NCBI GenBank assembly: GCA_947628815.1
Contig: CANRBJ010000003.1
Coordinates: 13,772 to 77,771 of the forward strand
Source of the DNA: an uncultured Clostridia bacterium
Lineage (GTDB): Bacteria > Bacillota > Clostridia > TANB77 > CAG-508
Reading direction: 5' to 3'
DNA: 64,000 nt
Position 1 is the first letter of the stretch, and every line of letters starts with the position of its first letter. This document shows positions 20,998 to 30,214 of the stretch, piece after piece. A program made the translations under genes and the position numbers. Under the pieces are notes generated by a model. The model had not been told where the DNA came from. It was given only the letters and a program-made list of their open reading frames with translations, and did no database searches.

Positions 20998-21201
20998 ATG
21001 GAATATGCAAAAGATGAAGTGTTTAGTATACGATATAATAAGAAAAAGGACAAGCTAGAATATCCAATTTTTAGAAGAATAGTAAAACAGATTGTAAATA
21101 ATAAATTCATTACATTATTAATTTCAATGGGGATATTGTTTAGTATATTAAATTTTATATTTATATTTTGGTTTTTTGAAGTATTAAGTACAATAAAATG
21201 A
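20998..21201 (+). CDS. small membrane protein, unknown function
   Basis: 67 aa, AAGGGGGAA RBS, C-terminal hydrophobic helix FITLLISMGILFSILNFIFIFWFF. Confidence 0.4.
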   Translation: MEYAKDEVFSIRYNKKKDKLEYPIFRRIVKQIVNNKFITLLISMGILFSILNFIFIFWFFEVLSTIK

Positions 21202-21216
21202 AATGAAGGAATTGTT

Positions 21217-21540
21217 ATGGAAGTAATTTTGGAGAAAGAAACGAAGAATTGTAATGTAGCACAAACAGAAATGATATCAAGACAAGTGGAATTAATGATA
21301 ATAATAGGAGCAAAAAATAGTACTAGTACTAATGAATTATATGAAAAAGCTATAAAAGAATGCAACAATGCGATAATAGTAGAAACAATGGAAGATTTAT
21401 ATTTGAATTATATAAAACGTTTCAAAAAAGTTGGGGTAGTGGTAGCATTAGGGGTACCTAAAAACACTATAGATGAAATAGTAAGTAAATTAAGAGATAC
21501 TGAAACACAAGATTATATGTATAAAAATTCTAGAATATAA
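21217..21540 (+). pseudogene. C-terminal third of IspH/LytB (HMBPP reductase) only; remnant or stand-alone fragment
   Basis: NCNVAQTEMISRQVELMIIIGAKNSTSTNELYE...VGVVVALGVP resembles the IspH region IC.AT..RQ.A...L....D.M.V.G..NSSN...L......G.TAGAS.P. No N-terminal two thirds lies upstream. Confidence 0.55.
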
Positions 21541-21557
21541 ATTAAGGAGAGGTTAAA

Positions 21558-21821
21558 ATGGATTACATAGTAGAAACAAGAAATACATGTGCAAAAAGAA
21601 TTAAATTTACATTAGAAGGAAATATAGTAAAAAATGTTCAATTTTTAGATGGAGGATGTCCAGGTAACTTACAAGCATTACCAAAACTTGTTGAAGGAAT
21701 GACAGTTGAAGAAATTGAAAAAAAAATAGGAGGCATTGTTTGTGGAGTAAAAGGAACATCATGTGCAGATCAATTAGCAAGAGCTGTAAAAAAGGCATTA
21801 GAGGATTCAAAAAAATCTTAA
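21558..21821 (+). CDS. TSCPD-domain protein (TIGR03905-like, conserved Cys)
   Basis: 87 aa. FLDGGCPGNLQAL and GVKGTSCADQLA motifs. GGAGAGG RBS. Confidence 0.7.
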   Translation: MDYIVETRNTCAKRIKFTLEGNIVKNVQFLDGGCPGNLQALPKLVEGMTVEEIEKKIGGIVCGVKGTSCADQLARAVKKALEDSKKS

Positions 21822-21897
21822 AATAAGGAATGTATCTATAAGTAATGAAACTTGTAGATACATTTTTGTGTGAAAATAAGATAAGAGGGAGATATAA

Positions 21898-22647
21898 ATG
21901 CTAAATCAATTTTCAAGAACTGAACTATTAATTGGAAAAAAAGGGGTAGAAAAATTACATGAATCAAAAGTAGCTATATTTGGTATTGGTGGAGTTGGCT
22001 CTTTTGTAGTAGAGGCATTAGCAAGAGCTGGAATAGAGAACTTTATACTAGTAGATGATGATAAAATATGCTTAACAAATTTAAATAGGCAACTAATTGC
22101 AACTAGAAAAACTGTTGGAAAATATAAAGTAGAAGTTGCAAAAGAAAGGATACTAGATATTAACCCTAATGCTAAAGTAGAAACACTTAAGGAATTTTTT
22201 ATGAAAGATAGTAAAGATATTTTTGATGAAACAGTAGATTATGTTATAGATTGCATAGATACTGTTACTGCAAAAATTGAGTTAGTAACACGAGCAGACA
22301 AGCTAAACATTCCAATTATATCTAGTATGGGAACAGGAAATAAGTTAGACCCAACTAGATTTGAAGTAACTGATATTTACAAAACAAGCATATGTCCACT
22401 AGCAAAAGTTATGAGAAAAGAACTACGATCACATGGTATTAAAAAGCTAAAAGTAGTATATTCAAAAGAAGAGCCAATAAAACCAAATGATAACATAGAA
22501 AATAGTTGTAAAAATGGATGTATATGTCCACCGGATACGAAAAGAAAATGTAGTGTTAGAAACCAAGTACCAGGAAGCATTTCTTTTGTACCATCAGTAG
22601 CAGGCTTAATTATTGCAGGAGAAGTAATTAAAGATATTATTAAATAA
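21898..22647 (+). CDS. tcdA: tRNA threonylcarbamoyladenosine dehydratase (ThiF/HesA family)
   Basis: 249 aa. Rossmann GIGGVGSFVVEALARAGI, LVDDDKICLTNLNRQ, DCIDTVTAKIEL. Confidence 0.75.
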   Translation: MLNQFSRTELLIGKKGVEKLHESKVAIFGIGGVGSFVVEALARAGIENFILVDDDKICLTNLNRQLIATRKTVGKYKVEVAKERILDINPNAKVETLKEFFMKDSKDIFDETVDYVIDCIDTVTAKIELVTRADKLNIPIISSMGTGNKLDPTRFEVTDIYKTSICPLAKVMRKELRSHGIKKLKVVYSKEEPIKPNDNIENSCKNGCICPPDTKRKCSVRNQVPGSISFVPSVAGLIIAGEVIKDIIK

Positions 22648-22671
22648 AAAGAAGGGAGAAGCCTTTAAAAT

Positions 22672-23535
22672 ATGAAAATAGCAGATAGTTGGAAAGATTA
22701 TGAAATACTAGATATGGCAAATGGAGAAAAATTAGAACGTTGGAAAGATATAGTCCTTATTAGACCAGATCCACAAATAATATGGAGTAAAAAAAGTTAT
22801 CCACAAAAGTGGAAAGAAGTAAATGCAACATATAATCGTAGTAAAACAGGTGGAGGCAGTTGGAAATTCAATAAAAAAATGCCAGAAGCTTGGAAAATAC
22901 AATATAAAAATTTAACATTTAATATAAAACCAATGGGCTTTAAACATACAGGACTATTTCCAGAGCAAGCGGTTAACTGGGATTGGATGATAGAAAAAAT
23001 CCAAAAAGAAAAAAGAGAAATTAAAGTTTTAAATTTATTTGCATATACAGGTGGCGCAACAGTTGCGTGTTTATCTGCAGGAGCAAGCGTATGTCATGTA
23101 GATAGTTCAAAAGGTATGGTAGCATGGGCAAAAGAAAATGTTATAGCATCAGGGTTAGAAAAAAGACCAGTTCGATATATAGTAGATGATGTTGTAAAAT
23201 TTGTAAATAGAGAGATAAGACGAAAGAATTATTATGATGCAATAATTATGGATCCACCATCTTATGGTAGAGGAACAAATGGAGAAGTATGGCAGTTTGA
23301 AGAAAATATATATGATTTAGTAAATTTGTGTACAAATGTGTTATCAGATAATCCTTTATTCTTTCTAATTAATTCATATACAACAGGAATATCTTCAAAA
23401 GTGTTAGAAAATATCTTAAAAATTAATATAGATAAACGTTTAAAAGGAAAATTCGAAGCAGGGGAAATTGGCTTACCAATGACTAACAGTAATTTAGTTT
23501 TACCTTGCGGAATATATGGGCGTTGGGAGAAATAA
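22672..23535 (+). CDS. class I SAM-dependent (r)RNA methyltransferase, RlmI/YwbD-like catalytic domain
   Basis: 287 aa. LNLFAYTGGATVA (motif I) and IIMDPPSYGRG (motif IV). Confidence 0.7.
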   Translation: MKIADSWKDYEILDMANGEKLERWKDIVLIRPDPQIIWSKKSYPQKWKEVNATYNRSKTGGGSWKFNKKMPEAWKIQYKNLTFNIKPMGFKHTGLFPEQAVNWDWMIEKIQKEKREIKVLNLFAYTGGATVACLSAGASVCHVDSSKGMVAWAKENVIASGLEKRPVRYIVDDVVKFVNREIRRKNYYDAIIMDPPSYGRGTNGEVWQFEENIYDLVNLCTNVLSDNPLFFLINSYTTGISSKVLENILKINIDKRLKGKFEAGEIGLPMTNSNLVLPCGIYGRWEK

Positions 23536-23536
23536 A

Positions 23537-24226
23537 ATGAACAATTTAAAAGTATTATATGAAGATAATCACATAATTGTAGTAGAAAAAATACCAAATA
23601 TTCCATCACAGGCAGATAAAACAAACGATTTAGATATGCTTACAATTGTAAAGCAATATATAAAAGATAAGTATCATAAACCAGGGGAGGTATACTTAGG
23701 TCTAATACATAGACTAGATAGACCAGTTGGAGGAGTAATGGTATTTGCAAGAACCTCTAAGGCTGCCTCAAGGCTTAGTGAAGAAGTAAGAAATAAAGTC
23801 TTTAAAAAGCAATATCTTGCTATAGTAGATGGAAAATTCGAGCAAAATAAAGGAGAATTTGAAGATTATTTACTAAAAAATGAAAGAAATAATATTAGTA
23901 AAGTAGTAAAAGCAGGAACGAAAAATGCAAAACTTGCGAAATTAGATTATGAAGTATTAAAATATGTAGAAGAGATTAATTTATCACTAGTAAAAATTAA
24001 TTTACATACAGGAAGACATCATCAAATACGAGTTCAATTTGCAAGTAGAAACCATAGTTTATGTGGAGACCAAAAATATGGAACACGAGGAAGAGGAAAG
24101 CAGATTAGTTTATGGGCATATAAGTTAAGCATTGTTCATCCTGTAACAAAAGAAGAGATGATTTTTTCAAGTATACCTAAAAAAATAGGTAGTTGGAAAA
24201 TACTAGAGGATGTAAAATTAATATAG
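23537..24226 (+). CDS. RluA-family pseudouridine synthase
   Basis: ORF track 23516..24226. Start moved to ATG 23537 (MNNLKVLYEDNHIIVVEK) after a GGGAGA RBS. Catalytic HRLDRPVGGVMVFA. Confidence 0.85.
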   Translation: MNNLKVLYEDNHIIVVEKIPNIPSQADKTNDLDMLTIVKQYIKDKYHKPGEVYLGLIHRLDRPVGGVMVFARTSKAASRLSEEVRNKVFKKQYLAIVDGKFEQNKGEFEDYLLKNERNNISKVVKAGTKNAKLAKLDYEVLKYVEEINLSLVKINLHTGRHHQIRVQFASRNHSLCGDQKYGTRGRGKQISLWAYKLSIVHPVTKEEMIFSSIPKKIGSWKILEDVKLI

Positions 24227-24268
24227 ATTAAAAAAGAGTTAATAAATATTACAAAAATGTAATATTTA

Positions 24269-24297
24269 TTGACTCTTTTTTTTTATTATGATATATT
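24269..24297 (+). promoter_or_regulatory. promoter of the cadC-cadA operon (TTGACT-17 nt-TATATT with TGn extension)
   Basis: TTGACT 24269..24274, TG at 24289..24290, TATATT 24292..24297. Confidence 0.5.
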
Positions 24298-24302
24298 CAT
24301 AA

Positions 24303-24318
24303 ATGAACATATGTGCAT
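24303..24318. promoter_or_regulatory. candidate ArsR/SmtB-type operator (imperfect 16-nt palindrome) just downstream of the -10
   Basis: ATGAACATATGTGCAT is its own reverse complement except for one position pair. Confidence 0.45.
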
Positions 24319-24341
24319 ATATTATAATAAAGGAGGAAGTT

Positions 24342-24719
24342 ATGTACGATAAAGAATATGTTTGTGGAGAAAAATGCCCACATTATCAAAATATAAGCAA
24401 GGTAAAAAAGATGGAATTAAATACCAAACAAATTCAGGAACTATCAAATATGTTTAAATTATTTGCAGATAATACAAGGCTTAGAATAATTTGTAGCATT
24501 TTAAATACAGAACTATGTGTTTGCGATTTGTGTGAACTTTTAAACTTAAATCAATCTACAGTATCACATCAATTACAATTACTAAGAAATGCAAAACTTG
24601 TAAAATATAGAAAAGAGGGAAAGCAGGTTTTCTATAGTTTACAAGATCAACATATAGAAAAAATCATTTCTTTAAGCTTAGAGCATATTTTAGAGGAGGG
24701 ATATAGTAATGAGTTGTGA
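24342..24719 (+). CDS. ArsR/SmtB-family metal-sensing repressor (CadC-like)
   Basis: ORF track 24303..24719. Start moved to ATG 24342 after AAGGAGGAAG. ELCVCDL metal site and HTH (STVSHQLQLLRNAKLV). Confidence 0.85.
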   Translation: MYDKEYVCGEKCPHYQNISKVKKMELNTKQIQELSNMFKLFADNTRLRIICSILNTELCVCDLCELLNLNQSTVSHQLQLLRNAKLVKYRKEGKQVFYSLQDQHIEKIISLSLEHILEEGYSNEL

Positions 24720-26562
24720 ACATTGTGAAAAGGATGAAGAAGAAAAAGAAAGTAAGGTAGAAATTGTTTTATACATACTAGCTATATTATTTTTAGTAGC
24801 ATCAGTTATTCCAAACCTAGCTAATATAAAACTTATTCTAATAATAATATCAATTTTATTTTCAGGATATGAACTATTATTTAATGGAATTAAAAACATC
24901 TTCAAATTAAACTTTGAAGAAGATACATTAATGACAATAGCAGTAATTTCTGCATTTTGTTTAGGGGAATATACAGAAAGTTGTTTAGTAGTTATACTAT
25001 ATAAATTAGGAGAATTTTTAGAAAAAAGCGCAGAAGAAAAATCTAATAACAGTATTAAGGAAATTGTAGAAATAAAAGCAGAAACTGCAAACTTAGTAAA
25101 AGAAAATAATGAAATAGAAGTTGTAGATGTGGAAAAAATTAATGTAGATGATATTATTCTAATTAAACCAGGAGAAAAAGTTCCGGTAGATTCTATAGTT
25201 ATAAAAGGAAATTCTCAAATAGATACATCAGCTATAACAGGAGAAAGTAAACCTATTTTTGCAAAAGAGAATACACAAATATTATCTGGATGTATAAACT
25301 TAACAGGAGCTATAACATGTAAAGCATTAAAGAACAGTAAAGATTCTACGGCATCTCAAATTATCGATTTAGTATATGAAGCAACAAATAATAAAGGAAA
25401 AACAGAAAAATTTATTACTAAATTTTCTAAAATATATACACCAACAGTAATTTTCTTTGCAATAATTATAGCAATCTTACCTGCAACATTAGGTTATTTA
25501 GATTATAAAACGTGGTTTATGCGTGCATTAATATTCTTAGTAGCTTCATGCCCTTGTAGTTTAGTAATATCAATTCCTCTTGCATTTTTTACATGCATAG
25601 GAAAAATATCAAAAAAAGGTATGATTATAAAAGGAACAAAGCATATAGAAAGTTTGTCGAAGGCAAGTGTTGTAGCATTTGATAAAACAGGAACATTAAC
25701 TACAGGAAAAATGAATATAAAAGAGGTTAATACTTTTGGAGAATTTTTAAAAGAAGATGCCCTAAAGTATATATATAATTTAGAAAAATTATCGAATCAT
25801 CCAATTTCTACAGCTATTGCAGAGTATGCAAGTAATATACCTATAGTAGAAGTTCTTAATTACAAAGAAATACCTGGGTACGGTTTGTATGGAGAAATTG
25901 AACAAAAAAAAGTAGTATTTGGAAATAAAAAGTTATTGCAAAAATATAATATTAATTTAGAAAATATACAATTAGAGAAAACAGGAATATACTTAGCTGT
26001 AGATAGCAAAATAGTAGCATATATTACTTTAACAGAAGAATTAAGGAGTAGTAGTAAAAATATTGGAGAAAAACTAAAAGAAGTAGGAATAAAGAAGACC
26101 ATTATGCTTACAGGAGATAATTTAGAAAGTGCAAATCTTATTGCAAACGAAGTAAATTTAAGTGAAGTTAAAGCAAATTTATTACCACAAGATAAGCAAG
26201 AGGAAATAAAAAAATTAAAAAATGAAAAAAATTGTGTCGTATTTGTAGGAGATGGAATTAATGATAGCCCAGTTCTTGCAGAAAGCGATTTTGGCATTGC
26301 TATGGGGGAAGGAAGTAACATTGCAAGTATAACAGCAGATAGTATACTTATATCAAATAATTTAGAAACACTACCAAGTATTATAAAAACCGCTAAAAGA
26401 ACAATAAAAATAGTTAAAACAAATATTATTTTTTCCCTAGTTGTAAAAGCTATCGTTTTAACACTTGGAATTTTAGGAATGTCTCCAATGTGGTTAGCAA
26501 TATTTGCAGATACTGGTGTAACATTTTTAACCGTTTTAAATGCAGTAAAATTAACAAAGTAG
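24709..26562 (+). CDS. cadA: heavy-metal (Cd/Zn-type) translocating P1B-type ATPase
   Basis: 617 aa. N-terminal CEHC, TM CPC motif (ASCPCSLVIS), DKTGTLT, GDGINDSPVL. Overlaps the cadC stop. Confidence 0.92.
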   Translation: MSCEHCEKDEEEKESKVEIVLYILAILFLVASVIPNLANIKLILIIISILFSGYELLFNGIKNIFKLNFEEDTLMTIAVISAFCLGEYTESCLVVILYKLGEFLEKSAEEKSNNSIKEIVEIKAETANLVKENNEIEVVDVEKINVDDIILIKPGEKVPVDSIVIKGNSQIDTSAITGESKPIFAKENTQILSGCINLTGAITCKALKNSKDSTASQIIDLVYEATNNKGKTEKFITKFSKIYTPTVIFFAIIIAILPATLGYLDYKTWFMRALIFLVASCPCSLVISIPLAFFTCIGKISKKGMIIKGTKHIESLSKASVVAFDKTGTLTTGKMNIKEVNTFGEFLKEDALKYIYNLEKLSNHPISTAIAEYASNIPIVEVLNYKEIPGYGLYGEIEQKKVVFGNKKLLQKYNINLENIQLEKTGIYLAVDSKIVAYITLTEELRSSSKNIGEKLKEVGIKKTIMLTGDNLESANLIANEVNLSEVKANLLPQDKQEEIKKLKNEKNCVVFVGDGINDSPVLAESDFGIAMGEGSNIASITADSILISNNLETLPSIIKTAKRTIKIVKTNIIFSLVVKAIVLTLGILGMSPMWLAIFADTGVTFLTVLNAVKLTK

Positions 26563-26604
26563 AAATAAGGTAAAATTGTAGTTTTTGTGTGAAGAATTTT
26601 TTTT

Positions 26605-26643
26605 AACCGAAACGAGCGATGCATTGCATCGCTTGCTTCGGTT
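26605..26643. terminator. 19-bp near-perfect hairpin between convergent cadA and rpn genes
   Basis: AACCGAAACGAGCGATGCA / TGCATCGCTTGCTTCGGTT with one mismatch. T-run on the left flank, weak AATTTTA on the right. Confidence 0.55.
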
Positions 26644-26647
26644 AATT

Positions 26648-27709
26648 TTAAGCAAGCAAATTTAATTCTTTCTGAATAGCTCTGATTTCCTTTAAACTAT
26701 AACCGCAGTATAATTTAATTTTATCAATACTTTCGCCATTTTGTAACATTTTTTTTATAATCTTAATTTTTTCCTCTTTTTGACCTTTTTTTATACCTTG
26801 AGCTTTACCTTCAGCCAATCCTTCAGCTCTACCTTCATCACGATCTCTTCTTATATCTTCAATAAGATATTGCCATGCACATTTCATATTTTCAACCACT
26901 CCTTTATTAAATTTTTTTATTAATTCATCTCTAATTTTTTTTGAAAAAGATTTACCAAAAACAAAAAATATATATCTCTGTAATATCTTTTTTTGACTAT
27001 CAGATATATCCAGTAAAGACAATGTATTTAGAACATCATATAATTCATCCTTTGAGATACATTTATCAGTTGCCATCATATATCCTATAGTAGTATTTGA
27101 CTTAAGTAATTGTGGTATAGAATAATTATGAATAGAAATAAAGTCATATTCATAATCTAGTTTCTTATTATTAAATACTTTACTATTAACCTGTTTATCT
27201 TTTATATTAGGAGCAAGATTCCATTTATTAGTACCAGTATACAACAAAATAGGTATAATTATAGGAAATTTATAATTTTTTTGCTTTATTTTAGTTTTAT
27301 CTACAACATCATTTAAAAGTAAAGAATAATAAGAAAAAATTCTATAATTTATAGAGTAATCAATAGTAGATTGATGTTCAACAAATATGTATATAGATTT
27401 ATTGTTTAGTTTATATACAATATCAGAACGTCTATTATTAAAGTTATTGGTAATAAAGTCGTTATTATATTTAGATAAATTATCTGAAGAAATAGTATAA
27501 CCCAAGAAATTACTTAAAAACAAAGAAAATTCTTCTTTATCATTTAGTAAATTGCGATAAGACTTATCGTGAATATCATTAATTTTTGTTTCATTTAAGT
27601 CATTATAGAGGACTGTATAGGTAGAAGAGTCTTCTTTTAACATACATGGGCTGTTAAAAAGAAAATATTTTCTCCATTTCAAATAATCATCATAAGTATA
27701 CAATTTCAT
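26648..27709 (-). CDS. Rpn-family recombination-promoting nuclease / putative transposase (PD-(D/E)xK, YhgA-like)
   Basis: ORF track 26648..27757. Start moved to ATG 27709 (MKLYTYDDY), with AAGGAA RBS. SDIVYKL...IFVEHQSTID...IIIPILLYTG core and a charged helical C-terminal tail. Confidence 0.75.
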   Translation of the reverse strand: MKLYTYDDYLKWRKYFLFNSPCMLKEDSSTYTVLYNDLNETKINDIHDKSYRNLLNDKEEFSLFLSNFLGYTISSDNLSKYNNDFITNNFNNRRSDIVYKLNNKSIYIFVEHQSTIDYSINYRIFSYYSLLLNDVVDKTKIKQKNYKFPIIIPILLYTGTNKWNLAPNIKDKQVNSKVFNNKKLDYEYDFISIHNYSIPQLLKSNTTIGYMMATDKCISKDELYDVLNTLSLLDISDSQKKILQRYIFFVFGKSFSKKIRDELIKKFNKGVVENMKCAWQYLIEDIRRDRDEGRAEGLAEGKAQGIKKGQKEEKIKIIKKMLQNGESIDKIKLYCGYSLKEIRAIQKELNLLA

Positions 27710-28027
27710 AGGCATTCCTTCTTTCTTAATTATAGTATAACAAACATGGTTTGTCAATAAAACATAAAATGTTTTTTGCTTTTTTGAAAATATTTCAAGA
27801 AATCAAATAAATGAAAAAAATAAAATGTAAATAAAGAATAATTTGAATATATATATTATACTACAAATATTAGAAAAGTAAAGGTATAAAATTTAATACA
27901 ATGAATTTATGGAAGATATATAATAAGTATTAGATAGAAAATAAAGAAAACAGGAGTAAAATTGAGTAAATATGAATTAAAGAAAGATAAAGTCAGGTAT
28001 AAATACAATTTTAAACATAATTAATAC

Positions 28028-28055
28028 TTGAAAAAAATATTTATTGAGTTATAAT
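28028..28055 (+). promoter_or_regulatory. promoter of the ctsR operon (TTGAAA-16 nt-TATAAT)
   Basis: TTGAAA 28028..28033, TATAAT 28050..28055. Confidence 0.55.
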
Positions 28056-28063
28056 ATATTATA

Positions 28064-28080
28064 GGTCAAAGAAAGTCAAA
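28064..28080 (+). promoter_or_regulatory. CtsR operator (heptad direct repeat)
   Basis: GGTCAAA-GAA-AGTCAAA matches the A/GGTCAAAnAnA/GGTCAAA consensus, 9 nt downstream of the -10. Confidence 0.85.
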
Positions 28081-28104
28081 GTTAAAAAAAAGGAGGAAGA
28101 CAAA

Positions 28105-28569
28105 ATGAAAATGTCAGATATTATTGAAGCATTTATTAAAGATTTACTAAAAGATGAAAAAGAATATGTTGAAATACAAAGAAATGAACTAGCTGAACAT
28201 TTTAATTGTGTTCCATCACAAATTAACTATGTAATACAAACAAGATTTAAACCATCGCAAGGATACTATGTAGAAAGTAGGCGTGGAGGTGGAGGCCATA
28301 TTCGCATAAAAAAAATTAATATAACTAAAAGCAACTATCTAATGCACATAATAGCTAGTATGGAAGAAAGAATTACTGCAAGTGAAGTTGATATTTTTAT
28401 TAGTAATTTTTTATCTTATGGAATAATTACTGAGAAAGAGGCTAAATTATTAAAAGTAGCAACAAGTGATAATGTTTTAATAGTTTCGCAAGACATACGA
28501 GATAAATTGCGAGCAAATATTTTTAAAAATATGTTATTAAACTTAGTAGAAGAAGATTTTAATAAATAA
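28105..28569 (+). CDS. ctsR: class III stress gene repressor CtsR
   Basis: 154 aa. MSDIIEAFIKDLL..., VPSQINYVIQTRF, GYYVESRRGGGGHIRI glycine-rich loop. Confidence 0.95.
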   Translation: MKMSDIIEAFIKDLLKDEKEYVEIQRNELAEHFNCVPSQINYVIQTRFKPSQGYYVESRRGGGGHIRIKKINITKSNYLMHIIASMEERITASEVDIFISNFLSYGIITEKEAKLLKVATSDNVLIVSQDIRDKLRANIFKNMLLNLVEEDFNK

Positions 28570-28589
28570 AGAAGAAAGGATTGATTAAT

Positions 28590-29150
28590 ATGCTATGTGA
28601 AAACTGTGGAAAAAATGAAGCGAATGTAAAATACACACAAATTATTAATGGTGTAAAAAAAGAAATGATACTTTGTGAAGAATGTAGTAAAAAGTTAGGA
28701 ATAGGAATGAATCATTTAGATTTTAATATGCCAATTAATTTATCTAGCTTTTTTGGAGAATTCATAGAAGAAAATGAACCAACATTCCTAAGTCAAATGA
28801 TTCCACAAAATCAACTAACTTGTGAACAATGTGGTATGACATATGACGATTTTGTGAAAAATGGTAAGTTTGGATGTAGTAATTGCTATGATGTATTTTC
28901 AAACAAAATTGATCCATTACTAAAAAACTTACACGGAGCAAATAGGCACATTGGAAGAGGAATTAAAGGAGCAAAAACAAAACAAAAACCAGAAGATAAA
29001 ATAAAAAATGAACCAAAAGAAACACAACAAGAAGAAACACAAAAAAACAAATTAGAAGAATTAAAAAATAATCTAAAACAAGCAATTCAAGAAGAAAAAT
29101 ACGAAGAAGCAGCAAAACTTAGAGACGAAATTAAAAAACTAGAAAAATAA
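28590..29150 (+). CDS. mcsA: protein arginine kinase activator McsA (UvrB/C-motif protein)
   Basis: ORF track 28581..29150. ATG 28590 (MLCENCGK). CxxC pairs (CENC, CEEC, CEQC, CSNC) and a C-terminal UVR motif (YEEAAKLRDEIKKLE). Confidence 0.88.
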   Translation: MLCENCGKNEANVKYTQIINGVKKEMILCEECSKKLGIGMNHLDFNMPINLSSFFGEFIEENEPTFLSQMIPQNQLTCEQCGMTYDDFVKNGKFGCSNCYDVFSNKIDPLLKNLHGANRHIGRGIKGAKTKQKPEDKIKNEPKETQQEETQKNKLEELKNNLKQAIQEEKYEEAAKLRDEIKKLEK

Positions 29151-29181
29151 CAAAAAATTAAAAATAAAGGAGGAAAAAACT

Positions 29182-30201
29182 ATGTTAAACTGGTATTTAC
29201 AAAATGGAAAAGAATCAGACATAGTTGTAAGTTCAAGAATAAGACTTGCAAGAAATTTAGAAGACTTCCCATTTATATTAAACTCTAAAAAAGAAGACTT
29301 AGAAAAAATAGAAGAAAAAATAAAAGAAATAACTCCAAGCATTGGCTATGGTATACATTTTTTAAAACTAAAGGATATGGACGACATAACAAAAATGAGT
29401 TTAGTAGAAAAACATATAATAAGCCCAAACTTTGCACTAAACAAAGAAAACCAAGGAGCCTTATTAATTAACGAAGACGAAACAATATCCATTATGATTA
29501 ACGAAGAAGACCACCTAAGAATACAAGTATTTGGTGCAGGGTTGGACATAGACAACCTTATGAATTTAGCAATTGAAGTAGATGAGAAATTATCAAAAAA
29601 TTTAAACTACGCGTATAACGAAAAATACGGCTACCTAACAGCATGCCCAACAAACGTAGGAACAGGACTAAGAGCGTCTGTTATGGTACACTTACCAGCA
29701 CTTGCAAAAACAGGAAATATCCAAAAAATATTAGAAGTAATTAACAATTTTGGAATGAATATAAGAGGAGTATATGGAGAAGGAACAAAAGCCTATGGAG
29801 ATATGTATCAAGTATCTAACAAGCAAACACTAGGAATATCAGAAAACGAAATTATTAAAAACTTAAAACTAATAATTGAAAAAATAATAGAACAAGAAAG
29901 ATTAGCAAGAAAAATCCTAGCAAAGGACAATTTAGAACTAGAAGATAGTGTTTACAGGGCTTTCGGAATTTTATCTAACTGCAAAAAAATATCTTCTAAA
30001 GAAGCAAGAGAATTATTATCTAGTATAAAATTAGGTACAGATATGGGCATTATAAAAGAATTAAACGATCTTAAGGTAAAAAAATTAGAACTTTATACAA
30101 AACCTGCAAACTTGCAAAAATTTTTTGGAGAAAAAATAGATGAATATGTGCGAGATAAAAAGAGGGCAGAACTTATAAAAAATATTATTAAAGAAAAATA
30201 G
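29182..30201 (+). CDS. mcsB: protein arginine kinase McsB
   Basis: 339 aa. Phosphagen-kinase-like EEDHLRIQ and CPTNVGTGLRASV. Confidence 0.93.
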   Translation: MLNWYLQNGKESDIVVSSRIRLARNLEDFPFILNSKKEDLEKIEEKIKEITPSIGYGIHFLKLKDMDDITKMSLVEKHIISPNFALNKENQGALLINEDETISIMINEEDHLRIQVFGAGLDIDNLMNLAIEVDEKLSKNLNYAYNEKYGYLTACPTNVGTGLRASVMVHLPALAKTGNIQKILEVINNFGMNIRGVYGEGTKAYGDMYQVSNKQTLGISENEIIKNLKLIIEKIIEQERLARKILAKDNLELEDSVYRAFGILSNCKKISSKEARELLSSIKLGTDMGIIKELNDLKVKKLELYTKPANLQKFFGEKIDEYVRDKKRAELIKNIIKEK

Positions 30202-30214
30202 GAAGGTGATGAAA

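Noticed and set aside
20934-21368. 144-aa minus-strand ORF overlapping the small membrane ORF and the IspH fragment
   Set aside because: Low-complexity and hydrophobic, with no RBS. The plus-strand ORFs have RBSs, and one has family similarity.
25860-26624. 254-aa ORF antisense to cadA
   Set aside because: Lies entirely opposite a P-type ATPase with all canonical motifs. The sequence is low-complexity and Phe/Ile/Ser-rich, typical of shadow ORFs in AT-rich DNA. No RBS.
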